From Candidatus Sericytochromatia bacterium (lineage in GTDB: Bacteria > Cyanobacteriota > Sericytochromatia > S15B-MN24 > JAQBPE01), in assembly GCA_040400605.1 (NCBI GenBank), contig JBBAPZ010000026.1:1-42887 (forward strand): DNA of 42,887 bases, read 5' to 3'. The notes beneath the pieces were generated by a model. That model worked only from the letters and a program-made list of their open reading frames with translations, was not told where the DNA came from and did no database searches. The translations under genes were made by a program, and so were the position numbers. Shown here piece after piece: positions 8,326 through 17,595 of the stretch (position 1 is the stretch's first letter; every line of letters begins with the position of its first letter).

Positions 8326-10527
8326 TCACACCGGACACGCGCTCAGGCGTTCCTGCAATTTGGACCAACGTCGCACGCTTTGGCTGTCCCTCACCGCCAT
8401 GCCAAGGGCACGTTTTTGTCCGACCAAGATAACCAGTTGTTTGCCACGGGTCACACCAGTGTAAATAAGGTTGCGTTTGAGCATCACATAATGTTGCATC
8501 GCAACCGGGATGATGACGATGGGGTACTCACTGCCTTGCGATTTATGAATGGTTGTCGCATAGCACAAACTCAATTCATCCAATTCACCAAACGGGTAAA
8601 CGGCGATGACGCCATCAAAATCGACGGAAACGGTTTTCTCATCGTGGTCGATGGCGGTAACGAAGCCAATGTCACCGTTGTAAACTTCCCTGTCATAATT
8701 GTTGAGTGTTTGCATCACTTTGTCGCCAATACTGAAGGTAACGCCAAACTTTTCGACGCTTTGCTCATTCGGTGGATTCAAGGTGGCCTGAAGTGCCTCA
8801 TTAAGACCGCGGGCGCCCACCGGACCCCGATTCATCGGGCACAATACCTGAATGTCCCGAATCGGGTCGCAGCCAAAGCGCTTGGGCAAGCGCGTATTGA
8901 CAAGATTGATGACCGCCTGCACGATCGCCTCCGGTTCATCCACAGCCACGAAATAGAAATCACTTGCTTCACCCTTTTCGGGAAATGTGGGAAACTGCCC
9001 CTGGTTGATCTGGTGCGCCCCACGAATGATAAAAGAAGTCGCAGCCTGCCGAAACACCTCCGTCAGACGAATGGTTGTGACGGCGCCCGCCTGAATGAGA
9101 TCATTCAAAAATGAACCGGGCCCCACCGAGGGCAACTGGTCGACATCCCCCACCAACAACACAGACGTGTCACGCGATACCGCCTTTAAAAGATTGTTCG
9201 CAAGCGGCACGTCGATCATCGAACACTCATCCACCACCAACAAGTCACAGTCCAAAGGCGATTCCTCATTGCGCTTGAAGCCGCCATGACTGGGGTCCAC
9301 CGCCAGCAAACGATGAATCGTTACCGCCTCCAAGCCCGTCGACTCCGCCAAACGCTTGGCCGCCCGACCAGTCGGCGCACACAACAACGCACGCACTTTC
9401 TTGGCCCGCAAAATGGTGAGAAGCGCATTCACCAAGGTCGTCTTACCAACGCCCGGGCCCCCGGTAATGACCAGCAACTTGCTACCCAGCGCCAATCGCA
9501 AGGCCTCTTGCTGGGTCGCTGCCAGGCTCTTGCCAAGTTTCGATTCTACCCAAGGAATTGCCTTGTCCGCATCAATCATCGGCCAATTGGGACGACCCTG
9601 CCGCAAACGCGCAATATGGCTTGAGATGGATTGTTCCGCATGATACAAAGACGCCGTAAAAATACAGGGTTGTCCCGCCAAGCTGTCAGCAATGACGACG
9701 CCTGCGGCCACCTCGTCGGCGATCGCCGCATCAATCAACGGCGCCGGCACCCCAAGCAATTCAACCGCCAATTCAACCAACTCCCCATGCGGCAAACCAC
9801 AATGACCCTGCGTCGCCGCTTCCGCCAACGCGTACGATACCCCGGCCCGGGCACGCAGCGGTGAATCCGGCGGTATCCCCATTTTTTGGGCGATCGTATC
9901 CGCGGAACGAAAACCAATACCCCGGATATCCTGTGCCAGACGATAAGGGTTCTCCTTGACGGTCGCAACGGCATCCGGCCCGTAAGTCTTGAAGATCCTC
10001 ACCGCACGGGACGTTGATACCCCGTGTGCGTGCAAAAACACCATGATTTCGCGAATGATTTTTTGGTCAGCCCAGCCCGAAACAATCATCCGCGCCCGCT
10101 TTTCACCAATGCCGGGGATATCGCGCAAGCGCTCAGGTGTCTGCTCAATCACCTCAAAGACATCAACACCAAACGCTTCCACCAACCGACCGGCATAAGC
10201 GGGGCCAATGCCTTTGACCATACCGGAGCCCAAATAACGCTCAATCCCAGCCAAGGTATTGGGCGGCGCAATGTTCAGGAAAACCGCCTTGAACTGTCGT
10301 CCGTGTTCGCGATCCGACACCCAATGCCCACCGGCAGACACATACTCGCCCGGTGTTACCGACGGCGCGTGCCCAACAACCGTCACCAGTTCCCGCTCAC
10401 CCCGTACCTTCACGCGCAAGACACAAAATCCATTCTCGGCATTGTGAAACGTCACGCGCTCAACCAAACCCGACAAACGCTCCAAAGCCTGTACAGTCGA
10501 CGCCTCAGTCACAGCTGACCATCCCAT
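8326..10527 (-). CDS. recD2: ATP-dependent RecD-like DNA helicase (RecD2)
   Basis: VERVTFHN..NGFCVLRV N-terminus, HhH GIG motifs, NPYRLA.DIRGIGF, ITGGPGVGKTT, VVDECSM, GDVDQLPSVGPG, YATTIHKSQGSEY, YTGVTRGK. Start is ATG 10527 or GTG 10512. Confidence 0.95.
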   Translation of the reverse strand: MGWSAVTEASTVQALERLSGLVERVTFHNAENGFCVLRVKVRGERELVTVVGHAPSVTPGEYVSAGGHWVSDREHGRQFKAVFLNIAPPNTLAGIERYLGSGMVKGIGPAYAGRLVEAFGVDVFEVIEQTPERLRDIPGIGEKRARMIVSGWADQKIIREIMVFLHAHGVSTSRAVRIFKTYGPDAVATVKENPYRLAQDIRGIGFRSADTIAQKMGIPPDSPLRARAGVSYALAEAATQGHCGLPHGELVELAVELLGVPAPLIDAAIADEVAAGVVIADSLAGQPCIFTASLYHAEQSISSHIARLRQGRPNWPMIDADKAIPWVESKLGKSLAATQQEALRLALGSKLLVITGGPGVGKTTLVNALLTILRAKKVRALLCAPTGRAAKRLAESTGLEAVTIHRLLAVDPSHGGFKRNEESPLDCDLLVVDECSMIDVPLANNLLKAVSRDTSVLLVGDVDQLPSVGPGSFLNDLIQAGAVTTIRLTEVFRQAATSFIIRGAHQINQGQFPTFPEKGEASDFYFVAVDEPEAIVQAVINLVNTRLPKRFGCDPIRDIQVLCPMNRGPVGARGLNEALQATLNPPNEQSVEKFGVTFSIGDKVMQTLNNYDREVYNGDIGFVTAIDHDEKTVSVDFDGVIAVYPFGELDELSLCYATTIHKSQGSEYPIVIIPVAMQHYVMLKRNLIYTGVTRGKQLVILVGQKRALGMAVRDSQSVRRWSKLQERLSACPV

Positions 10528-10771
10528 TACCACCAGTCGCTTGCGATCATACAAAACCAAAGTACCCGTGCGTTTACCAATTTCAACCGTCGCAAGTGAC
10601 CACCCCATCGTTCCCGTAACCGAAGAAGGGACGTCCCCTCGCTTGACTGCCAAGGATTAGACCGGGGGTTGTAACGCTATACAAGCAATAACACAGGCGA
10701 TCGCGGGAGACATGACAGTTTCTGATTCTGAACCCGGTTCGAAGACCGTCCCGAACCCGCAACGTACCCGG

Positions 10772-10807
10772 AGCTATGCAGAAATCAATCATCACTGCAT
10801 AGCTTTT
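10772..10807 (+). other. Hairpin AGCTATGCAG-N13-CTGCATAGCT running into TTTT, upstream of the PARP-like gene
   Basis: Perfect 10-bp stem at 10772-10781/10795-10804, about 35 nt before the start codon; could be a terminator, attenuator or operator. Confidence 0.45.
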
Positions 10808-10841
10808 GCATTGAACGGGTAAGAAAAACCAGGGGGATGAT

Positions 10842-12962
10842 GTGATGAACCTGGCCCGAATGGCGTCGCAGAGGGTACAAGGCGTCTTACGGTCCGCCGT
10901 CGCGGGTCCGGAAGCATCGGCGCCGGTGGGCCAACGGTCGGTTGCAAAGCCTTTAATGGCAGATGCTTGGCCAGCGCATCGCAGTGCGCCGGTGAGTGTG
11001 TTGTTGTCTGAGGACGTGGGACTGTGGTCGTCTGGCAGTACGCTCAGCAACGGGGTATTGGGTGTTGGCCTGTTGAATCATCAACGTTTGCCGGAGACGA
11101 CGCCGTTGGTGGCTATACTGTCCAAATCCGGGGTTGCGCGGGTAAGGCGGGAGACTGCACAGGCCTTTGACGCACTGACGCGATCCTATGACGATAAGGT
11201 GTCGCACGCGCCGGGCACGGCAAGTGTCCAGGCAACGCTTGCTGCTTCACTTGATTTGGCGGGAGGCGACGTGGCCCAAGTGTGGGTGCCGCGCGCCCGT
11301 TATCGTGGATTTATGGCGGCGTATCGTCAGGGGGTGGCTGAGGGAAAACTGCCGGCATCATTTGGGCAGGTGCCTTACACCGAGTTTTTCAGGCCGACGG
11401 ATGATGTGCGAGCCGAGTTGCAGGCGTGGCAATTGTCCCGGTCGTCATCCAGGTTTGCCAACCGGGGTAAGGAAGAGCAGCGTGTGGTGGCTGCTTTGGC
11501 GCATCGGATGGCGGGTCAGGGGCCAAAGGCTGTGCCGTATGCCTTGCGTTTGGCGTTAAGCGAGGCACTCATACGGCATGAGCGTATCGGCGGCCCTGCG
11601 TCCCGCCACGCTGCATCTTGGCGGGAACTGGCGTCACGTGACGGTCTTTCGGCGATGCCCTTTCATCACGGAACGCGGGATGCACACGCGATCGTGCAAG
11701 AAGGCTTCAGACCGGGTGACAATCAGTTAATGGGGCCAGGCATTTATTACGGAAATGCGTCAGTGGCTGCGCAATATGCCAATCGGGGGGATGGGGCGCG
11801 GGCGCGAGACATGGAGCAGATTGTGTCGGGGCTTGTTTTGCCCGGTAAAACGGTGCCTGAAAAATTGGATGTTGCGGGTATGGCTGATTCGGCGGTGTCG
11901 CCTCAGCCGATTGAGGGAGGGGCATATTGGGTGACGCGCGATCCACAGCGTTTTCAGATTCGCGCGGTGACCACCCATGATCGGTCGGCTGCCGCGACGC
12001 AATTAAAGCCTTTCGTGCCGGACTTGTTCGGTACGCTTGCGTTGGGGCCGGAGGCGCAACAGTGGGCGCTGGACTGGCTGGGAGGCATAAACCGGTCCGC
12101 CTTGAATCGCGAGGCGATGCGGTTGATTGGCGATGATGCAACCGGGATGGGTGCGGGCATCTGGTTTATCCAGCAGGGACATGAAATCGGCGTAGCCCAG
12201 TTGAAGCGGGTGCTGGAATCCGCCGCGAGTCCGCAGGCACGTCTGAGCGCGGCCAGTGCAGCCTTGGATGGTTTGGCGCAAGCGCCGCCCGAACGTCGTC
12301 TGGCGATGCTGAAACTGTTGCGCAGTACTGACCCAGACTTGCAGCGTGCGTTGATTATGGCTCGCAAAAATCATCCGGAAACTTTAGTTATGGCACGTGA
12401 ACTGCTACGACAAAGCGATCACCCGGCTGCGCGCGAACGCTTGCTGTCTGCGTTGCGGCGCGCCGAAAACCTGACCCCACCCAATGTCCGAGAGAGCCTG
12501 GCTTCGTTGGATCCACTTGCGCGCGCAGAGATTTATTTCGAACTGGGTCGGCAGTCGGATGGGTTGAGGGAATTGTTGGCGGATGCTGCCACCCTTGCGG
12601 GGGAACGTGAGCTGGGAATTCGAGCGGCGAGTTTGTTGTTGCGTCGCTCGGCGATGTTGGATGATACGGACTGGCGGCGTTGGCGTGGTTTTGTGCGTGA
12701 ACGTGACCCTGATGGATATGCGCGTTTGGTCGTGGATGGCGTGGCACAAGATGGCCGTTTTTTGGATGACGCCATTGCAGTGTTGAAGCGGGATCAGTCG
12801 AGTTGGGCATCTCAGCGGGCGATGGGATTATTGAAGCAGGCTGCCGTTCAAGATGCCCTCTTGCCGTTTGCGAAGGCGGTATTGGCATCGGACTTGTCCG
12901 ATGATTTCAAGGTGTTGGCTGCCGAAGCCTTGTCCAGACCGAACAGTGGAATGAAGGTCTGA
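10842..12962 (+). CDS. Protein with PARP/Gig2-like ADP-ribosyltransferase domain and C-terminal HEAT-like repeats
   Basis: FHHGT..AIVQEGF..MGPGIYY..AAQYA..IVSGLVLPGK..ADSAV..YWVTRDPQRF follows the order of PARP catalytic motifs. C-terminal third has HEAT-like segments (ARLSAASAAL, AARERLLSAL, FKVLAAEAL). GGGGGA upstream. Confidence 0.7.
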   Translation: MMNLARMASQRVQGVLRSAVAGPEASAPVGQRSVAKPLMADAWPAHRSAPVSVLLSEDVGLWSSGSTLSNGVLGVGLLNHQRLPETTPLVAILSKSGVARVRRETAQAFDALTRSYDDKVSHAPGTASVQATLAASLDLAGGDVAQVWVPRARYRGFMAAYRQGVAEGKLPASFGQVPYTEFFRPTDDVRAELQAWQLSRSSSRFANRGKEEQRVVAALAHRMAGQGPKAVPYALRLALSEALIRHERIGGPASRHAASWRELASRDGLSAMPFHHGTRDAHAIVQEGFRPGDNQLMGPGIYYGNASVAAQYANRGDGARARDMEQIVSGLVLPGKTVPEKLDVAGMADSAVSPQPIEGGAYWVTRDPQRFQIRAVTTHDRSAAATQLKPFVPDLFGTLALGPEAQQWALDWLGGINRSALNREAMRLIGDDATGMGAGIWFIQQGHEIGVAQLKRVLESAASPQARLSAASAALDGLAQAPPERRLAMLKLLRSTDPDLQRALIMARKNHPETLVMARELLRQSDHPAARERLLSALRRAENLTPPNVRESLASLDPLARAEIYFELGRQSDGLRELLADAATLAGERELGIRAASLLLRRSAMLDDTDWRRWRGFVRERDPDGYARLVVDGVAQDGRFLDDAIAVLKRDQSSWASQRAMGLLKQAAVQDALLPFAKAVLASDLSDDFKVLAAEALSRPNSGMKV

Positions 12963-12966
12963 TGCG

Positions 12967-13761
12967 ATGGCAGAGGAGGCACGGCGAGAGGCGGGCTGCT
13001 CTGAGGCGGATGATTGCACAGCGGCTGGTGTGAATGATGGCGATCGCCACTTGCAGTTCATACGGGCGCAAGCAGCCGCCCAAGAGCGCGAAACCCTTCT
13101 GCGACAGATTGTGCACGACGTTTTAAATGCCACTCAGACGATGAGTCTGTTGGTTGAAGAGCTTGAAATACAAGACCATGACCCGGACGCGTTGCGTCAC
13201 GGGTGTGGGCGGTTGCACCAACAGATTGATTTTATTGGACGATTTTTGCGCGAAAAACTGAACTGGATTCGGTCGGATGGTCAGTCAGTGGGCGTTGGCT
13301 GCACGGCTGTCGTTGAGGCTTTTGCCGATTTGGAGGACCGTTACACGGCGAGTGCGCGCGTGCGTCGGCAGCAGTTGGTGTTTGATGCGTCAGAGCCTGT
13401 CACCGTTTTGATGAATCCTGTCGAATTCGATCAAGCGATCGGCAACCTGATCGATAACGCGATCAAATATACAGACACAGGTGGCCTCATCACGGTGCGC
13501 GCCGAATCTGTCAGGGGTTGGGCAACCATCTGGGTCATTGACTCAGGACCAGGTATTGCACCAGGCAATCGGCATCGTCTCGGCGATTTGGGCTGGCGCG
13601 AAAGCCAGAATGGTCAAGGCTTGGGGGTCGGTCTTGTCACCGTACGTGAAGTCGTGACACGTTCAGGCGGCCTGTTTGGCTTGGCGCAAAGCAACAGCAG
13701 TGGCAGCAGTTTCTATGTTTCCTTGCCAACCACGACGTGGGGGCAGGAACGGCATAATTGA
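12967..13761 (+). CDS. Cytoplasmic histidine kinase (HisKA-like + HATPase_c) with no sensor domain
   Basis: H-box IVHDVLN, N-box NLIDNAIKYT, G1 DSGPGI, G2 GQGLGVGL, SSFYVSLP; starts 4 nt after the upstream stop. Confidence 0.85.
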   Translation: MAEEARREAGCSEADDCTAAGVNDGDRHLQFIRAQAAAQERETLLRQIVHDVLNATQTMSLLVEELEIQDHDPDALRHGCGRLHQQIDFIGRFLREKLNWIRSDGQSVGVGCTAVVEAFADLEDRYTASARVRRQQLVFDASEPVTVLMNPVEFDQAIGNLIDNAIKYTDTGGLITVRAESVRGWATIWVIDSGPGIAPGNRHRLGDLGWRESQNGQGLGVGLVTVREVVTRSGGLFGLAQSNSSGSSFYVSLPTTTWGQERHN

Positions 13762-13857
13762 ATGCCTGGTTGGCACGCGCTGAACAAGGGAAGACAGTGT
13801 GAGGTGGGATACTTTAAACTGGCGGATTATGACAGGATTATGGGGTAATTTGCGCTC

Positions 13858-16800
13858 GTGTTCTCGAATGTTTACAACAGCAATGATGTGGCGGAGTGGG
13901 CAAACTGGTCTGTCTTTGAACGGGGCCTTGATTACGAAGATGCCGTGTCGGGCTTGAACCTGCGCGCGCAAAACGAAGCGGTTCACATCCACGCACGGGT
14001 GCAAGGCAGCGCGCGGAATGCTTACGATGTGACAGTCAGATGGGACGGCAAAAGGCTGGCGGCCTGGTGTGATTGTCCGTATGGCTACGTGTGCAAGCAT
14101 GCCGTAGCTGTTGCGATAGCAGGCATGGATGAGGTCCATGCGATGATTCATCATCCGGAGACTCCAACCTGGCAGGTCGCACTTGAGGTTTTTCGGCGGA
14201 TTCCGGTGGCCACGGCGACGGCAGCGCCCACACCTTTCACGTATCGGTTAAAGATGATGTCGGGTTTGGGTCGCCGCGATCATAAGACGCTGTGTCTATC
14301 CGTTGGCACGGGCCATGGAACAGACTTCAAACCAATTTTGTTCAGGGATGCCCGTGTGCGCCGAACGGGCAGCTCCCTGGATCGCCTGATCCTGGCTTCG
14401 CTGGATAACTATGTTGCTTATTCGTATCAAGGGGGAAGCGACCCCCACTGGCATGATGTTCGGGCTCCTTATGTCGATGCGGCACTTCGCCTCCTCGTTG
14501 CAACGCCAAACATCGAGGATGAGACCGGGCAGCCATTGGCAATCATGCCTGATGCGCCGATCACCTCAAGCCTTGTCTACGAACGCAATGAGCATGGTGC
14601 CGTTTTGCAACCCAATCTGATTGCAGGATCACAATCGTTTGCATCACCAGCCCCGCTGAAAGTAGTGGGCGATGAGCCGTCGTGGGTGTGGCTTGACAAC
14701 GGCCTTTACCCCTTGTCCGGTTCCCCGGACGTGCTGTCGCGTGTCAACGAGCCGATTGTAATACCTGCCAGTGAGGTCAGTGACTTTGAAACGCGCTATC
14801 TGCCCGACTTGGCGATCGCCGGCCGGGTCACCGGTGCCGACATTCCTGCCATCAAAAAAGGCAAGCCCATCGCCCAATTGCTGCTCGAAGAGCACGATGG
14901 TGTTCTTCACGGACGCTTGGGATTCGTTTATGGCGGGATTCGCGTGGAGGCCGATGACACGGTCAACTGCGTCGGGGCGCCAGGGGGACAGTGGTTGAGC
15001 CGTTCCAAAACAGCCGAACGACGTTGGCTTGAACAATTACAACTTCCGCCGCGTCGCGGGGCCAAAGGAAAGCCAGAGTTTGCCAATGCGTTCTCACTCA
15101 AAGGTGAAGTCGCGCTCGACTTCGTGTATGAGCGCGTGCCCGAGTTGATTGAGGCAGGCTTTGAGGTAATGGGCGAGGATCAACTGACGCAACTGTCTGT
15201 GCACCGCAGCAAGGCCACCACACGTGTTTCAATTACCTCAGGCATCGACTGGCTGGATGTGAATAGTGCCGTTACTGTGGGGGATGATGTCGTGCCGTGG
15301 TCCGAAGTATTGGCGGCCCTCGCCAAGAAACGCCGTTATGTGCGACTTGGTTCCGGCAAGATGGCGCGCTTGCCGCAAGACTGGCTCGAAACCCAACTGC
15401 CACTCCTTCAGGCGCTCGGCCTCAATGCCAAAGGTGTCCGCGAGGGCAAAGTCCGCGTTCAGCGGTATCAGGCACCATTGGTGGAGCGGCTGCTCGCCAA
15501 CGCGGATGTGGTGCAAGCCGATGATTCCTGGAACGAATTCATTCACAAGTTCAAAACCTTCGGGGGCATTTCCGAAGTTGCTTTGCCCACCGGTTTCACA
15601 GGTGAGTTACGCCCTTATCAACAGCAAGGGCTCAACTTCATGACTTTCTTGCGTGATTATGGATTACACGGAATCCTCGCCGATGACATGGGCTTGGGTA
15701 AAACCGTGCAAGCAGCAGCGCTGCTAACTGCCAGTCACCCAAACCCATCGGGCCCCAGTCTCGTCATCGCGCCAACCTCGGTGATACTAAACTGGCAAAA
15801 AGAGCTTGAACGCTTCGCACCCACGCTCAAGACGCTCGTTCTTCACGGAACCCGTCGAGATGTCGAAGCGATTGATGCGCACGATGTCGTGATCACCACT
15901 TATACCACCGCCCGTTTCGACTTGGCGACACACCTGAAACGGCATTATCATATCCTGATTCTGGATGAAGCCCAAGCGATCAAAAATCCAAAAAGTCAAA
16001 CCGCGGAGGTTGTTCGCGCGCTCAAATGCCGGCACCGGTTGTGTCTGACGGGGACGCCGATCGAGAACAACTTGATGGAGCTCTGGAGCCAGTTTAACTT
16101 CTTGATGCCCGGAATGCTTGGAAAAGAAAATGAGTTTAGAAGCAATTATGTGAGCGCGATCGCCACCGGAAACAAACACGTCGCCGACGCGCTCAAAACA
16201 CGCATCAGCCCATTCATTCTACGGCGAATGAAGTCAGAAGTGGCCCAAGACTTGCCCCCCAGAACGGATGTGCCGGTTTGGTGCGAGTTATCGGCCTCCG
16301 AGCGTCGCCTTTACAACACCTTGCTGATGGCAAGCCGCGCCCGGGTCATGGCAGCAGTCAACGAAAAAGGCGTCAACCAGAGTCATATCACCATTCTTGA
16401 CGCGCTACTCAAGTTGCGCCAGGTTTGCTGTCATCCGGCCCTGCTCGGCATGCCGGAGACCTTGCACCTGCCCTCGGCGAAGACGGATGCTTTCATGGAA
16501 TTGGTCCACGAATTGATCGCCAACGGCCATCGGGCGCTGGTTTTCAGTCAGTTTACGAGTATGCTGGCCATTTTGCGCGAGCGCCTCGAGCAAGGCGGCA
16601 TCGGTTACGAATACCTGGATGGCGCGACAAAAAATCGCCAAGCCAAGGTCGACCGCTTTAACCAAGGCGATACCCCCTTGTTTTTGATCAGCCTCAAAGC
16701 CGGCGGCACCGGCTTGAATCTCACAGGTGCGGATTATGTGATTCACTTCGATCCCTGGTGGAACCCCGCCGTTGAGGATCAAGCCACGGATCGCGCCCAC

Positions 16801-17004
16801 CGCATCGGACAGACCCGTCACGTCTTTAACTACAAACTGCTTGCCAGAAACACGATCGAAGAAAAACTGCTCACATTACAGGAACGCAAGCGTGCCCTCG
16901 TTCGCGACATTCTGGACGCGGATACCTTGGGCAAACAACTGACGCTTGAGGATTTGCGTTTTCTTTTCACGGATGATGTTTCCAGTGACGCGGCATTGCC
17001 GTAG
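13858..17004 (+). CDS. SWIM zinc-finger + SNF2-family helicase
   Basis: CDCPYGYVCKH (SWIM); ELRPYQ, GILADDMGLGKT, ILDEAQAIKN, LTGTPIEN, LVFSQF, ISLKAGGTGLNL, DPWWNPAVEDQATDRAHRIGQ. Confidence 0.95.
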   Translation: MFSNVYNSNDVAEWANWSVFERGLDYEDAVSGLNLRAQNEAVHIHARVQGSARNAYDVTVRWDGKRLAAWCDCPYGYVCKHAVAVAIAGMDEVHAMIHHPETPTWQVALEVFRRIPVATATAAPTPFTYRLKMMSGLGRRDHKTLCLSVGTGHGTDFKPILFRDARVRRTGSSLDRLILASLDNYVAYSYQGGSDPHWHDVRAPYVDAALRLLVATPNIEDETGQPLAIMPDAPITSSLVYERNEHGAVLQPNLIAGSQSFASPAPLKVVGDEPSWVWLDNGLYPLSGSPDVLSRVNEPIVIPASEVSDFETRYLPDLAIAGRVTGADIPAIKKGKPIAQLLLEEHDGVLHGRLGFVYGGIRVEADDTVNCVGAPGGQWLSRSKTAERRWLEQLQLPPRRGAKGKPEFANAFSLKGEVALDFVYERVPELIEAGFEVMGEDQLTQLSVHRSKATTRVSITSGIDWLDVNSAVTVGDDVVPWSEVLAALAKKRRYVRLGSGKMARLPQDWLETQLPLLQALGLNAKGVREGKVRVQRYQAPLVERLLANADVVQADDSWNEFIHKFKTFGGISEVALPTGFTGELRPYQQQGLNFMTFLRDYGLHGILADDMGLGKTVQAAALLTASHPNPSGPSLVIAPTSVILNWQKELERFAPTLKTLVLHGTRRDVEAIDAHDVVITTYTTARFDLATHLKRHYHILILDEAQAIKNPKSQTAEVVRALKCRHRLCLTGTPIENNLMELWSQFNFLMPGMLGKENEFRSNYVSAIATGNKHVADALKTRISPFILRRMKSEVAQDLPPRTDVPVWCELSASERRLYNTLLMASRARVMAAVNEKGVNQSHITILDALLKLRQVCCHPALLGMPETLHLPSAKTDAFMELVHELIANGHRALVFSQFTSMLAILRERLEQGGIGYEYLDGATKNRQAKVDRFNQGDTPLFLISLKAGGTGLNLTGADYVIHFDPWWNPAVEDQATDRAHRIGQTRHVFNYKLLARNTIEEKLLTLQERKRALVRDILDADTLGKQLTLEDLRFLFTDDVSSDAALP

Positions 17005-17088
17005 TTGGCCGTATCGGTTCCCTGTCGGTGAACACTTCACGAATGGCTTTGGGGTGAAAAGCAGGTGCCGCAGGAATTTTGTCGTCTC

Positions 17089-17123
17089 GGTGCCCGATAT
17101 TCAATTTGATGAATATTGGCACC
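17089..17123. terminator. Stem-loop between the convergent SNF2 and rib transcription units
   Basis: GGTGCC-C-GATATTCA/TGAATATT-GGCACC, about 14 bp with a 6-nt loop; no strong U tract. Confidence 0.4.
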
Positions 17124-17382
17124 ATCTTCATGGTTCACAGTGATGAGTTACAATCAACAGCCTGGAATTGACGCAAGCGAATGGAACCAGACGGTATACA
17201 CCGTGTTTCAACGACACAGAGCACGGAATTGGGGCGAAACATTGGGTGTTTTGACACAGGTTTTGCTCGCCGCTCCACGCTGACGAATTGGCTTGAGTCT
17301 AAACCTGGGGTCTTCCAAGTAACTTTTTGATCGGTGTCAGACGGCAGCAGTGAGAAAGCCCGCAAGCCGCCTTGAGATTGAG

Positions 17383-17595
17383 CTAATCACCAGTTCGCGG
17401 TTGGTCATGCAGACTGATTGGTGGCTCATCCACAAACTGGATCGATTCAAGTTGCGGCCTTAGCGACGCCTTGACGGCATCAATGTATTCGCGACGCAAC
17501 TTGTGTTGCTCAGCCTTTTCAGCCTCATTCAAGCCAGCCTCGCGCTGTTTTTTCGCGAGGGCGTTGATGCGTTGAATTTTAGTGTCATCCATCAC
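17383..17595 (-). CDS. DUF896 (UPF0291/YnzC-like) small protein
   Basis: KIQRINALAKKQREAGLNEAEKAEQHKLRREYI..V...L..QLESI.FVDE; AAGGAG 8 nt upstream of GTG. Confidence 0.88.
   Translation of the reverse strand: MMDDTKIQRINALAKKQREAGLNEAEKAEQHKLRREYIDAVKASLRPQLESIQFVDEPPISLHDQPRTGD

Noticed and set aside
10528..10653. N-terminal extension of recD2 in the ORF track, with repeated MGWS
   Set aside because: Family similarity begins at LERLSGLVERV; the extension has no RBS and the repeat looks coincidental.
10655..10775. c-di-AMP (ydaO) riboswitch, suggested by ACCGGGGG and CCCGAACCCG
   Set aside because: The GGGGTGAATC core and CAGCTAAC 3' motif are missing; only a cmscan could rescue the call.
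4777..17004. Prophage or integrative element boundaries around the kinase-recD2-ART-SNF2 block
   Set aside because: No integrase, att-like direct repeats, tRNA or obvious compositional shift is visible.
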